This document shows, in pieces, positions 19,102-28,754 of a stretch of DNA of 64,000 nt. Made by a program: the position numbers and the translations under genes. The stretch's first letter is position 1. Every line of letters begins with the position of its first letter. Source of the stretch: Candidatus Pelethousia sp. (GTDB lineage: Bacteria; Bacillota; Clostridia; Christensenellales; CAG-138); the NCBI GenBank assembly GCA_034933245.1, contig JAYFNX010000013.1:939-64938 (forward strand). The letters run 5' to 3'. The notes below the pieces were generated by a model. That model was not told the origin of the DNA and ran no database searches. It saw nothing but the letters and a program-made list of their open reading frames with translations.

Positions 19102-20295
19102 CTAGGCGCTTACCGCGTGCTCAATGCGCAGAATCCATAGGTCGTTCAGAATGGCGGCGGTATAAGCGGCCACTTTTGCGCCTACGGTGGCGCGCTGATC
19201 CAGCGGATCCTGCGTACCCGCGCTGCCATGGGGTTTGATGATGATCTGCAGAGCGCCGCTGCCCGCCACATCCACCACGCCATAGGCATCTTTGCCGAAA
19301 ACGAGGGTGGCGTGTACGTCCATAGCGGTTTTGCTGGTGGCGTCCACCATGCCGGCATCTTCGCTATATACGATGGCATCGGCGGAGAGGGAAACGCTTT
19401 GCGTTAGGGTGACGGTATTGGTGTCCGGGTCAAACGAGGCGATGGTATAGTTGCCGTCACCGATGGAAATAGGATTACCCGTTTTGCTCAGATATGCGGC
19501 CTCGGCTTCCGAAGGCGCGTTTTTAAGAAGAAAAGCTGGGCTGGCGCTCGTGGAGGCGGAAACTTTGTTGTGTACGCTCTGGCGGAATACCTTTGCTTCG
19601 GTGGATTCCACAAATACCACGCCGAAGAGCCTGCCGATCTCGCCGCTGTAGATCTGTTCCGCATTGGAATATTTGGAAACATCCTGCCAGAGCGGATCGT
19701 TCTGCAAATCGTAGGTGGCATCCGGGGAACAGATGCAAATGAAGTGGGGCTTGCGTTCCTCTTCACAGAAGGGCCGGGCTTTGGCCCGCTTGAGGGTGCG
19801 GACGGCCTTGCGGATTTCCTCAACGGTAAGCTTGTCGTCAGAGGTGAGGGCGGCGCGGCTACTTTTGCCGCCGGCCCGCTGCACATTGTTGCCGGCGTTG
19901 ATGGCGTCCCGGGTTACCCACTCCACCACGGTGCCAAGCTGCTCGCCCAAAAGTTCGGCGCTCTCGGCGATCACCTGGTCATAGCCGGTCATATCCAGCA
20001 GGTCTGAAACCTCCACATAGGCGCCGTATTGGCTCACCACCGCTTCCACGTTGCTCTGGGAGAGAGCTTGACCGCTGGGGGTTACGCCCTCCTCTAAAGC
20101 CTGCATAGCGTCGTTTACATCAAAAAGATTCCAGCGGCGAAATTCCACGCGCCTGCCGTTGTTGCGGGGAATGGGGCGCATCTGGCCAAATTTGGCATGT
20201 ACGAACCGGGTTCGGACACTCTCCAGAAGCTGCCTGTCATAAAAGGTTTTGTCAAGGTAGGTGGTGCCTAGGGTGTTGATGGTGGTATTGGTCAT
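19102..20295 (-). CDS. major capsid protein, N4-gp56-like family
   Basis: 397 aa. The N-terminal pattern YLDKTFYDRQLLESVRTRFVHAKFGQMRPIPRNNGRRVEFRRW matches my recollection of the N4-gp56 family MCP signature. Confidence 0.7.
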   Translation of the reverse strand: MTNTTINTLGTTYLDKTFYDRQLLESVRTRFVHAKFGQMRPIPRNNGRRVEFRRWNLFDVNDAMQALEEGVTPSGQALSQSNVEAVVSQYGAYVEVSDLLDMTGYDQVIAESAELLGEQLGTVVEWVTRDAINAGNNVQRAGGKSSRAALTSDDKLTVEEIRKAVRTLKRAKARPFCEEERKPHFICICSPDATYDLQNDPLWQDVSKYSNAEQIYSGEIGRLFGVVFVESTEAKVFRQSVHNKVSASTSASPAFLLKNAPSEAEAAYLSKTGNPISIGDGNYTIASFDPDTNTVTLTQSVSLSADAIVYSEDAGMVDATSKTAMDVHATLVFGKDAYGVVDVAGSGALQIIIKPHGSAGTQDPLDQRATVGAKVAAYTAAILNDLWILRIEHAVSA

Positions 20296-20331
20296 ATGGT
20301 TTCTCCTTCCTTAGTTTAAAGATTGGCCTTT

Positions 20332-20865
20332 TCACAAGGCTGGATGCTTGCCTTGGGCGGCGGCCAGCGCCAACCGCTTTTTTATTGCGGCAAACTCCGT
20401 GCTGGACATGTTGGCATAATCCTGCCGGCTTTCGGCTGGCACGCCGCCCCGAATGGGGCTGGGCAGGCTGCGCCGGGCCATGAGCTTTTCCAAAAGGTCC
20501 CGTGCGCCGATATCCCGCTCCCGTTGGACGTCTTCACCGGCGGCCTTTTCCGTGTCATAAAGACGTAGGGCAGCTGCCGCGGGCATTTCGAGAAGCGGCT
20601 TTGCAAAAGCTTTGTCAGCCAGATATCCCTCCACATCCGCTACCCGCCCCGCCTCCTGCAACCGCACAAGATCCTGCGCCGCGCAAGCGCAAAGGACTTC
20701 TCTGCCGCCTGGGGCGGCATATAGCAGCGCCTGCGCGGCTTGTTCCTCTCCCGCTCCCGTTTCCGCCGCGAGGCGCTGGATGAACTGCCTGCCAATGATA
20801 TAGGCCGGTTCGCTTTCCAGCAGCCCTGCCAGCATTTCAGCGAGCATATTTGGGTTCTGCTCCAT
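20332..20865 (-). CDS. scaffold-like protein (positional call)
   Basis: 177 aa, acidic and Ala-rich, predicted helical, immediately upstream of the capsid gene. Confidence 0.45.
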   Translation of the reverse strand: MEQNPNMLAEMLAGLLESEPAYIIGRQFIQRLAAETGAGEEQAAQALLYAAPGGREVLCACAAQDLVRLQEAGRVADVEGYLADKAFAKPLLEMPAAAALRLYDTEKAAGEDVQRERDIGARDLLEKLMARRSLPSPIRGGVPAESRQDYANMSSTEFAAIKKRLALAAAQGKHPAL

Positions 20866-21298
20866 TCTCGCTCCTTTCTATTGCCTGTTCCGGTCAGGCA
20901 AACCAAAAATAAAGAGAAGGTCAAAATGGCCTTCCCAAGTGAAAAGGCAGCCTGTATGGCCGCCCTTTCTACGGTATTGATTATAGCAGTGGATGGGTGC
21001 TTAGAAAAGGACATCTTTCGTGCGTTTTTCAGGCACAAACCAGCGGAACAAAATAAACGTTTACAAAAACATTTCTAGCGAATATAATAGATGCGATTCT
21101 TTCACGAGATAGCTAGGCGTTATGGAAACCATGGTTGACTTCCCTCCGAAATTCGGATTAAACCCTTATTACACATGGAAAAATCGGCTTGTGCCGGGAT
21201 TGCAATATGCGTTAGGTAGGATGAAATATAACTTTTAATTATAACACAAGTAGAAACTTATGGTGAAAATAACCAACGGATAAAAGGAGGATGCGACG

Positions 21299-22411
21299 TT
21301 GCAGCTTTTTGTTGAGCTTTTCGGCAACATCGGAAATTTTACCCCGCAGCAGGGTACGATGATTCTTATTGGCGCTGTGCTGATCTGGTGCGCCATCAAG
21401 CGGGAAATGGAGCCCACCCTGCTTCTGCCCATGGGATTTGGTGCAATTTTGGTAAATTTGCCCATGGTAAATACAGAGGCCATTGAGACCCTTTTTGAAG
21501 CGGGCATTGCTTCGGAACTGTTTCCGTTGCTGCTTTTCATCGGCATTGGTGCTATGATCGACTTTGGACCCCTGCTCTCCAATCCGAAGATGATGCTCTT
21601 TGGCGCGGCGGCGCAGTTCGGCATCTTTTTCACCTTGGGCATGGCCGTTTTAGTAGGGTTCAAGCTTGAGGATGCGGCCAGCATCGCCATCATTGGCGCG
21701 GCGGATGGCCCCACCAGCATATATGTAGCCAACTATTTTCAATCCACCTATCAGGGGGCGATTATGGTGGCGGCCTATAGCTATATGGCCTTGGTGCCCA
21801 TCGTTCAGCCGCCGGTGATTCGCCTTTGTACCACGAAAAAAGAGCGGATGATCCGTATGCCCTATAACCCCAAGGCGGTTTCCAACACCACCCGCATTTT
21901 GTTCCCCATCTTTGTTACGGTGGTGGCGGGAACCATTGCGCCTAAGAGCGCTGAATTGATCGGCTTCTTGATGTTCGGCAATCTGATCCGGGAATGCGGG
22001 GTTCTGGGCAGCCTTTCCGCAAGCGCACAAAACGAGCTGGCAAACCTAATCACCCTGCTCTTAGGCATTTCCGTATCCTTCCGGATGAAGGCGGAAATGT
22101 TCGTCACCTGGGAAACGATGATAATTTTGCTGTTAGGCCTTGTTGCATTCGTCTTTGATACGGTAGGCGGCGTTATGTTTGCCAAACTTCTCAACCTGTT
22201 TAGCAAAACCAAGATCAACCCCATGGTGGGCGCGGCGGGTATTTCAGCCTTTCCCATGTCCAGCCGGGTGATACATAAAATGGGCCGGGAAGAGGACCAG
22301 GCAAACTTCCTTCTCATGCATGCGGCCGGAGCAAACGTAAGCGGCCAAATTGCCTCTGTAATTGCGGGCGGCCTTGTGATTACCCTGGTAGAAAACGCGT
22401 TGGGTATGTAA
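21299..22411 (+). CDS. sodium-translocating decarboxylase beta subunit (OadB/GcdB/MmdB family)
   Basis: 370 aa polytopic membrane protein. The pattern REMEPTLLLPMGFGAILVNLP...IGAADGPTSIY is typical of OadB. The start is TTG, with AGGAGG 10 nt upstream. Confidence 0.85.
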   Translation: MQLFVELFGNIGNFTPQQGTMILIGAVLIWCAIKREMEPTLLLPMGFGAILVNLPMVNTEAIETLFEAGIASELFPLLLFIGIGAMIDFGPLLSNPKMMLFGAAAQFGIFFTLGMAVLVGFKLEDAASIAIIGAADGPTSIYVANYFQSTYQGAIMVAAYSYMALVPIVQPPVIRLCTTKKERMIRMPYNPKAVSNTTRILFPIFVTVVAGTIAPKSAELIGFLMFGNLIRECGVLGSLSASAQNELANLITLLLGISVSFRMKAEMFVTWETMIILLLGLVAFVFDTVGGVMFAKLLNLFSKTKINPMVGAAGISAFPMSSRVIHKMGREEDQANFLLMHAAGANVSGQIASVIAGGLVITLVENALGM

Positions 22412-22426
22412 AGGAGGAAAAGAGAA

Positions 22427-22585
22427 ATGCTGTCGAGCTTTAATCTTCATTTTGATCCGGAAGCTTTTGTGCGGGTGCTTCCCATTTTGGGGAAAGGCAT
22501 TCTGGGCGTATTCGTAGTGATCTGCGCTATCTGGGCTTTTGTTGTCCTGCTTAACAAGATGAGCGCGCGGAAAGAAAAGGAGTAA
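22427..22585 (+). CDS. OadG-like small membrane subunit (52 aa)
   Basis: Not in the ORF track because it is under 60 aa. An ATG follows AGGAGGAAAAGAG. It has a single TM segment (GILGVFVVICAIWAFVVLL) and a basic tail. Its position after the beta subunit fits a gamma subunit. Confidence 0.45.
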   Translation: MLSSFNLHFDPEAFVRVLPILGKGILGVFVVICAIWAFVVLLNKMSARKEKE

Positions 22586-22712
22586 GAAAACAGACTTTGC
22601 CAAATCGGCCCTGCATGGATTGCGGGGCCGATTTTTTGATGGCTTCCCTTGACGGAAGAGGTTTGCCGTGATAAACTTGGTTTATTTAAACAAACCTACT
22701 TGGAGGATCGCA

Positions 22713-23075
22713 ATGGGAGATGGAAAACTGTTTGAAGCGGAGTATCGGCTTATGGATATTATCTGGGAGCTGGAACCGGTGAATTCAACCCAGCTTTCCA
22801 AGGTATGCCGGGAGAAGCTTGGCTGGAAGAAACCCACAACTTATAATATGCTGCGCAAGCTTGTGCAGAAGGGCATGGTACAAAACGAAAACGCCATGGT
22901 TACCGCCCTGTTCAAACGAGAGGAAGCGCGGCGGGCGGAAAGCGACGCTCTCATGGAGCGCGCCTTTAATGGGAACGTGCCCCTTTTTGTAGCCACCCTT
23001 TTGGGGGGGCGCAAGCTTACGGAACAGGAGGCGGCAGAGCTGAAAAAGATGATAGAGGAGGCGGTAGAGCGATGA
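22713..23075 (+). CDS. BlaI/MecI/CopY-family transcriptional repressor
   Basis: Winged-helix pattern EYRLMDIIWE..NSTQLSKVCREKLGWKKPTTYNMLRKLVQKG. ATG 22713 follows GGAGG. An ATGA overlap links it to the downstream M56 gene. Confidence 0.8.
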   Translation: MGDGKLFEAEYRLMDIIWELEPVNSTQLSKVCREKLGWKKPTTYNMLRKLVQKGMVQNENAMVTALFKREEARRAESDALMERAFNGNVPLFVATLLGGRKLTEQEAAELKKMIEEAVER

Positions 23076-25090
23076 CGGATAGCGCTTTCATTACCCTCTT
23101 GAACATGTCTCTCACGGCAAGTTATGCCATTTTAGCCTTGATGCTTCTGCGGCTTATTTTTCGCCAGGCGCCCAAACGGCTGCTTTATGGGCTTTGGGCC
23201 CTGCCCCTATTCCGGCTCCTATGCCCCGTAAGTGTAAAGAGCATGCTTAGCATGCTGCCCAGCGCCCAGCCCATTCCGCCGGATATTGCCACCCAGGCCG
23301 TGCCGGCCATTCATAGCGGCATTGCAGCCCTGAACGCTGCCGTCAATCCGGCTCTTGCCCAATCCGTACCGACGGGGGTGGATAGCGCCTACCCACTTCA
23401 AACCTGGCTCTTTGTAGGAAAGGCCATATGGCTTGTGGGCCTCACGGCCATTCTGTGCTATGCAATCGTCAGCTATACCCGCCTATATTATTGCCTGCGC
23501 TTTGCGGTCAGGGAAGGGAACATTTGGCGCAGCGAAGCGGTGAAAACGCCCATGGTGCTTGGAATTTTCCGCCCCCAGATCTATCTCCCTTTTCATACAG
23601 GGGGGGATGCATGCATTTTGGCGCATGAACAGGCGCATATTGCCCGGGGAGACCATATTGTGAAGCCGCTCGCTTTTCTAATTCTGTGCGTCCACTGGTT
23701 TAATCCTTTGGTATGGATGGGCTATGGGATGATGAGCAAGGATATGGAAGGGGCGTGCGATGAGCGGGTTCTCAAGGCGTATTCCTCAACGCAGCGCAAG
23801 GAATATGCCGCCTGCCTGCTGGACATGGGGGCGCGGCATAGTGGCTTAGCAGTGCCCTTGGCCTTTGGGGAAAGCGATACGGCGGGCCGGATCAAGCGGA
23901 TTCTAAATGATAAGAAGCCCGCATTCTGGCTCATCCTGGTTATAATCCTGGCAGCGCTTGCCCTCTGCATTACCTTGCTTTCCAATCCGCCGGGCAGCAC
24001 ATCCCTGCTGGACGCGGACGATCGCCTAAACTATGGCGATCTGGAACGAGCTACCCTGGTTACAACCATACAGGGGGAAGCGGAAGCTTCCTCCGACCTT
24101 GCGGAAGATGTGCAGGCGGCAATCATCTTCATCCAAAAGCTGCAAGTCCAGGAGGAGCCCGCAAGCAAAAGCAGGGCGGCGGACCGGGATCATACCAATC
24201 GCCTGCGCCTGTTCTTTCCCAGCGGGGGAGAGGGGGCCTATTCGATCGATTTTAACTTTAGTGCGGATTATAGCGAGGTCTGGATCCATGACGGCGTAAA
24301 GCCAGGCCTCTCCTTTCTGCTGGCAGATCCAGCCGCCGCAAGCGCTTATTTTGCAGGGGAGGATGGGACGAACGCTGAAATCATTGGCGGAGCCGATGGG
24401 CCCACAGCCATTTATGTGACGGACAGTGAGAACAACGCTTACATCAGCCCGGACGAAAGCATGGCTATCTATGGGATGGATCTAAGCTTGTTCACCTGGC
24501 GGCAGATCTTGAATGAAAACCCAACGTATTATATCGCCGGGCCCGATGTGGTGGCCGAACTGGCAAAGCTCCCCGTTTCCCCCTATATGATCAAGTCCAG
24601 CCTTACGGTCATCGGGGTATCTGCCCTTCACCCATCCGGCGTGGAGGAAATTCGCCTTTCCCATACGCTCTTGGATGCCGAAGGACAACCGCTTTATTAC
24701 AAGCCAAACGACGGCGGCAGTGCGCCGCTGGATGAAAAGGGGGAGCTGATTCCAGTTGGAACTATAGAAAACGCATCGGCAAACTATACGTATACCCTTC
24801 AACCTTCAGCCCTTGTGGCCCTTTCCTCTAAAATGCAACCCTTCCCGGAAGGCGCCTTGCGTTGCTTCAGCCTGCGCTATCGAATCAGCGGGCAATGGTA
24901 TGAGTGCTGCTTTGTGCTTCGTACGGATGAAGGTATGTATAACATGGCGGATGCAGGGAAAGAGTATCCTCCCATCACCCCACTTCCTACCCCCACGGCG
25001 GCGGAAAGCACATACAACCCCACGCCGGCACCCGAAACTTCTTTCGGCCCGGCCCCAACGCCGGCCGCAACGGCTGTACCCGCACCATAA
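23072..25090 (+). CDS. BlaR1/M56-family membrane metalloprotease-type sensor
   Basis: 672 aa with N-terminal TM segments and the HEQAHIARGDH zinc motif. The long extracytoplasmic C-terminal region has no recognisable SxxK penicillin-binding motif and ends in a Pro/Thr-rich tail. Confidence 0.8.
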   Translation: MTDSAFITLLNMSLTASYAILALMLLRLIFRQAPKRLLYGLWALPLFRLLCPVSVKSMLSMLPSAQPIPPDIATQAVPAIHSGIAALNAAVNPALAQSVPTGVDSAYPLQTWLFVGKAIWLVGLTAILCYAIVSYTRLYYCLRFAVREGNIWRSEAVKTPMVLGIFRPQIYLPFHTGGDACILAHEQAHIARGDHIVKPLAFLILCVHWFNPLVWMGYGMMSKDMEGACDERVLKAYSSTQRKEYAACLLDMGARHSGLAVPLAFGESDTAGRIKRILNDKKPAFWLILVIILAALALCITLLSNPPGSTSLLDADDRLNYGDLERATLVTTIQGEAEASSDLAEDVQAAIIFIQKLQVQEEPASKSRAADRDHTNRLRLFFPSGGEGAYSIDFNFSADYSEVWIHDGVKPGLSFLLADPAAASAYFAGEDGTNAEIIGGADGPTAIYVTDSENNAYISPDESMAIYGMDLSLFTWRQILNENPTYYIAGPDVVAELAKLPVSPYMIKSSLTVIGVSALHPSGVEEIRLSHTLLDAEGQPLYYKPNDGGSAPLDEKGELIPVGTIENASANYTYTLQPSALVALSSKMQPFPEGALRCFSLRYRISGQWYECCFVLRTDEGMYNMADAGKEYPPITPLPTPTAAESTYNPTPAPETSFGPAPTPAATAVPAP

Positions 25091-25168
25091 ACGAATGGAT
25101 CCGTTGGGATGGGCGAAAGCATAAAACTGCCCGGCTTGTAAAACCAAGCCGGGCAGTTTATCGCCGCC

Positions 25169-26524
25169 TTACATGCCTAAATAACGCAGAACCTTGGCGT
25201 TCGCTTGCTCGCTGAGGGCTTCTTCATCCATGTGGGCCAGCCTCCCATTTTGCACGGTTACTTCTCCATTAATAATCGTGGTATCCACAGGGCCTTTGAG
25301 ACCAACGGTGCAAAGAACGCTTTTAGGGTCCAAACATGCGCCCACAAGGTCCATGCGTCGGCTGTCGATGAGGAACAGGTCGGCGCATTTGCCAATGGCT
25401 AATTGGCCAATGTCCGTACGACCAAGAAGGGATGCGCTTCCCCGGGTGGCCATTTTTAGAATGTCATAGCCGGAAGGCGCTTCCCGGCCGCTGTTGAGCC
25501 TATGGAGCAGATAGCAGACGCGCATCTCCTCTAAGAGGTTGCTGCCGTCGTTGCTGGCGCTGCCGTCAACGGCAAGGCCCAGCGGCACCCCCAAGCGCAG
25601 CATTTCGGGAACCCGGGCCACGCCGCTGGAAAGCTTCATGTTGGAAATGGGGCAATGCGCCACGCCCGTATGGGTATGGGCCAGTTTCCGCAATTCCCCG
25701 TCATTAAAATAAATGCCGTGCGCATACCAAACATCGGGCCCAACCCACCCCAGGCTTTCCATATAATCGTAAGGCCGCATGCCGAACTTTTCCAGGGTGA
25801 AGGTCTCCTCATCCTTGGTTTCGCAAAGATGGGTATGGAGCCGTACGCCGTACTCTCGGGCTAACAGTGCGCTTTGGCGCAGCAGCTCCGTGCTTACGGA
25901 AAAAGGGGAACAAGGGGCCAGAACAATCCCCCGCATGGCGCCGGGGCTGTCATCCTTCCATGTCTGGATAAGACGCTGGCTGTCTTTTAATATGGCATCT
26001 ACGGGTTGGACTACGCTATCGGGGGGGAGACCGCCGTCCTTCTTGGAAAGATCCATGCTGCCCCTGCTAACGACCATTCTGATACCCAGCGCGTCCGCCG
26101 CGCGAAATTGCGCGCCGATCAGGTCGCCCGCTCCCCGGGGAAATACGTAATGGTGGTCAAAACAGGTGGTACAGCCGTTTTTCATCAAATCGCCCATTCC
26201 CACCAAGGAAGAAAGAAACATGGCCTCTTCATCCAGGCCTTTCCAGATTTCATAGAGGGTTTTGAGCCAGTCAAAAAGCTCCATGTTTTGAACCTGCGGA
26301 AGGTTGCGGGAGAATACTTGATATAGGTGGTGATGGGTATTCACAAGGCCGGGATAACAGAGCATGTGGCTGGCGTCAAGCACTTCGTCCGCCTCGCGGG
26401 AAAGGCCGACGCCAATGGCCTCAATGAAGCCGTTGCGGCAAAAAATATCTGCTTTTTCGTAGATTTTGTCCGAATCGTCACAGGAAATGATGGCCCGGCA
26501 GTTTCGAATGAGCAAGGTGGGCAT
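25169..26524 (-). CDS. 8-oxoguanine deaminase-like amidohydrolase (chlorohydrolase/SsnA-related)
   Basis: Start at MPTLLIRNCRAI (ATG 26524, GGAGG RBS). PGLVNTHHHLYQ...ELFDWLKTLYEIW...GCTTCFDHHY matches my recollection of the 8-oxoguanine deaminase family. Confidence 0.75.
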   Translation of the reverse strand: MPTLLIRNCRAIISCDDSDKIYEKADIFCRNGFIEAIGVGLSREADEVLDASHMLCYPGLVNTHHHLYQVFSRNLPQVQNMELFDWLKTLYEIWKGLDEEAMFLSSLVGMGDLMKNGCTTCFDHHYVFPRGAGDLIGAQFRAADALGIRMVVSRGSMDLSKKDGGLPPDSVVQPVDAILKDSQRLIQTWKDDSPGAMRGIVLAPCSPFSVSTELLRQSALLAREYGVRLHTHLCETKDEETFTLEKFGMRPYDYMESLGWVGPDVWYAHGIYFNDGELRKLAHTHTGVAHCPISNMKLSSGVARVPEMLRLGVPLGLAVDGSASNDGSNLLEEMRVCYLLHRLNSGREAPSGYDILKMATRGSASLLGRTDIGQLAIGKCADLFLIDSRRMDLVGACLDPKSVLCTVGLKGPVDTTIINGEVTVQNGRLAHMDEEALSEQANAKVLRYLGM

Positions 26525-26689
26525 GCTTCTAACCTCCATTATTCTCTTAAACAAAAAGAGCACCTTTCGATGCTCATAGTGGGGCCGAGGGCGGTCCCGT
26601 AGAAACTCCCGCGCCATATCCGCAGGATTATATGATACGTTATTTGATTAGTATAGCACAGGACGTGCGCCCCGGCAAGGCTTGGTATT

Positions 26690-27880
26690 TTACCAGGGCC
26701 GCCTGCCGCACACAAAATGCTCCCGCCAATAGCTGGTGGAGAAGGAACGCCGCACAACTTTGCCGTTTGCGCTGGAAGCATCGATCATCATCCCGCTGGA
26801 TATTATGATGCCCACATGCCCAACCTTGGAAAAGCCGTTGTTGTAGAAGAAGATCAGGTCGCCCTTCTTAAGCTTGCTCATGCTGGTGATCTTTTCCCAA
26901 TCGTCCACTTGGGAATAGCCTGCGGCAGTCAGCCGCCGCCGGTTGCTGCCCGCTTCCTTGAGACAATAATAAACTAGGCCGCTGCAGTCAAACTTACTTG
27001 GGCCTGTGGAGCCCAGCACATAGGGACTGCCCACTTTGTCCTTTGCTATTTCGATCATTTTGGAGATGTTGGCCTTGCTGCGGGCCTCATGGGCCTTGCT
27101 GGCGCTCTCCTTGGCGTTGGGGGAATAAAGCAATTCGTAGGTTTTTACGCCCGCCAGGCCATCCGCCGATAATCCATTGCGGCCTTGAAACTCCTTAATG
27201 GCTGCGATCGTTTTTTCACCGTAGTAGCCGGTGGTTTCGCTCATGTAGCCCATATCCTTGAGCTGAACCTGCATGCTGGTGATATCGTCCCCTTCCATGC
27301 CTTCCTTCGCAACATATTTGGGCGCGTTTTCGCCGTAGATCAGAGCCAGCGTCTGTTCGCCGGCTACGCCGTCCTCATCCAGCTTGAGGCCAAGCTCTTC
27401 CGAAAAATTAATCTGCCGCTGAAACAGGCGAACAGCAGCCCGGGTGGCAGGACCGTAAAGCTGCGTAGGTTCATCCAACTCCAAGAAGCCGAGTTCCATG
27501 AGCCGTTGCTGTAGCTGCTGCACAGCCTCGCCTTCCACACCTTTGCGAAGGGTCGGGTCTGGCGTGGGGGTGGGGGAGAGGGCAATGGTGGAAACGGGCG
27601 TGGGTGTAATTTCAATTTGAACGATTCCATCCGCTTCTGCATTGGCGGATAGGGACATGGCATGGGCGGTGCCCGTGCCAGCACCATTCTTTCCAAAGAG
27701 GCTCACGCAAAGAACGAGAAGGGCTATCACGCCAACCATACCTCCCGCAATGGCAAGTTTAACGCGGTTGGAGGCATGGCGCAAACTTTCCATAAAGGGC
27801 GAAAAGTAATCCCGCAGATGGCGGAAGAACAGGAGCCTGCTCCGTCTTAAGCTTCTTTTTTTCCGGTTGAATTGGGACAT
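26690..27880 (-). CDS. cell-wall hydrolase: TM anchor + peptidoglycan-binding repeats + C-terminal NlpC/P60 (C40) domain
   Basis: 396 aa with PG_binding_1-like repeats (LQQRLMELGFL.., VQLKDMGYM..). The NlpC/P60 core is FDCSGLVYYCLKEAG...GDLIFF...HVGIII. Confidence 0.8.
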   Translation of the reverse strand: MSQFNRKKRSLRRSRLLFFRHLRDYFSPFMESLRHASNRVKLAIAGGMVGVIALLVLCVSLFGKNGAGTGTAHAMSLSANAEADGIVQIEITPTPVSTIALSPTPTPDPTLRKGVEGEAVQQLQQRLMELGFLELDEPTQLYGPATRAAVRLFQRQINFSEELGLKLDEDGVAGEQTLALIYGENAPKYVAKEGMEGDDITSMQVQLKDMGYMSETTGYYGEKTIAAIKEFQGRNGLSADGLAGVKTYELLYSPNAKESASKAHEARSKANISKMIEIAKDKVGSPYVLGSTGPSKFDCSGLVYYCLKEAGSNRRRLTAAGYSQVDDWEKITSMSKLKKGDLIFFYNNGFSKVGHVGIIISSGMMIDASSANGKVVRRSFSTSYWREHFVCGRRPW

Positions 27881-28172
27881 TCTTTCTCCTAACCCGCTGG
27901 ATGCATATTTAATGATAACATTTTAGCTGTTTTCCCTCCTGTTTTCAATGCGAATGGCCTAGAAGTCAGAGATTATTCACATTCGCATCCTTGCGAGAGG
28001 TTGCAAACAGATTTTGGCAACAAAAAACAATTCGGGTGAATTGGGGAAATCCCTTGTATATCTGGCGAAAATGCGCGATAATGAAAACGTATTTTTTAAA
28101 GTTGTCTCCCGCGTTTGGACGGGTTGAATTTGCAAAATACTATTACAGAAGACGGGAAGGAGTTGGTTTCCT

Positions 28173-28754
28173 ATGCAACAGCTTCAAGAGCGGATCGTGC
28201 GCGAAGGTAAGGTACTACCCGGTAATATTATTAAGGTAGATGGTTTCCTGAATCACAGGGTGGATACGAAGCTCATGCAGTACATTGCGGACGAGTTCGC
28301 AAAACATTTCGATGTCAGTAAGGTCACCCTTGTTCTTACGGCGGAGGCCAGCGGCATTGCTTTGGCTACGGTTTGTGCCGCGCGTTACGGTGTGCCTATG
28401 GTGTTCGCAAAAAAGGCCAAGAGCGATAATATCGAGGGCGGCTTGTTCCGAAGCGATATTTTTTCCTACACATATAAAAAGAAAGTTACCCAGTTGGTTT
28501 CGAAAGAATGGCTCCATGCGGAGGACAAGGTCCTTATTGTGGATGATTTTCTGGCAAACGGCGAAGCCTTGCGCGGCCTGTGCGAAATCGTTGAGCAGGC
28601 GGGCGCGGAACTGATCGGCATTGGGGTTGCCATTGAAAAAGGGTTCCAGGGTGGTGGAGACAGGCTGCGCCAGGCGGGATATGATCTTAAATCCTTGGCC
28701 ATTATTGAGCGCGCAGATACAACAGGCATTGAGTTTCGGGAGGACGAGCCTTGA
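28173..28754 (+). CDS. xpt: xanthine phosphoribosyltransferase
   Basis: 193 aa. [31 protein letters not shown] and the PRPP motif [13 protein letters not shown] are typical of Xpt. Confidence 0.85.
   Translation: MQQLQERIVREGKVLPGNIIKVDGFLNHRVDTKLMQYIADEFAKHFDVSKVTLVLTAEASGIALATVCAARYGVPMVFAKKAKSDNIEGGLFRSDIFSYTYKKKVTQLVSKEWLHAEDKVLIVDDFLANGEALRGLCEIVEQAGAELIGIGVAIEKGFQGGGDRLRQAGYDLKSLAIIERADTTGIEFREDEP

Larger units (their letters stand above)
13673..20865 (-). mobile_element. phage-derived structural gene block (capsid/scaffold/fibre genes only); prophage remnant or domesticated module
   Basis: Eleven co-directional ORFs with overlapping start/stop codons. They include an N4-gp56-type capsid, BppU-like and fibre motifs, and a collagen-like protein. 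No portal, terminase, integrase, lysis or repressor gene is present. Host genes flank both sides. Confidence 0.55.

Noticed and set aside
20866-21298. A possible phage attachment site, integrase remnant or regulatory RNA in the 430-bp AT-rich gap between the scaffold-like gene and oadB.
   Set aside because: There is no repeat matching the other end of the block (13627-13672), no ORF with recombinase motifs, and no convincing structure by eye.
23972-25090. The C-terminal region of the BlaR1-like protein as a beta-lactam sensor domain.
   Set aside because: I see no SxxK / class-D-like penicillin-binding motif. Only the M56 protease domain call is supported, and the signal that is sensed is unknown.
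27990-28172. A purine (guanine/xanthine) riboswitch, expected upstream of xpt. I also looked upstream of the ade-xdh operon (7900-8131).
   Set aside because: I could not find the conserved purine-riboswitch core (UAUAAU..GGAUAUGGC..GUUUCUACC..CCGUAAA..GACUAUG) or a convincing three-way junction by eye. An Rfam or Infernal scan would be needed to exclude divergent aptamers.
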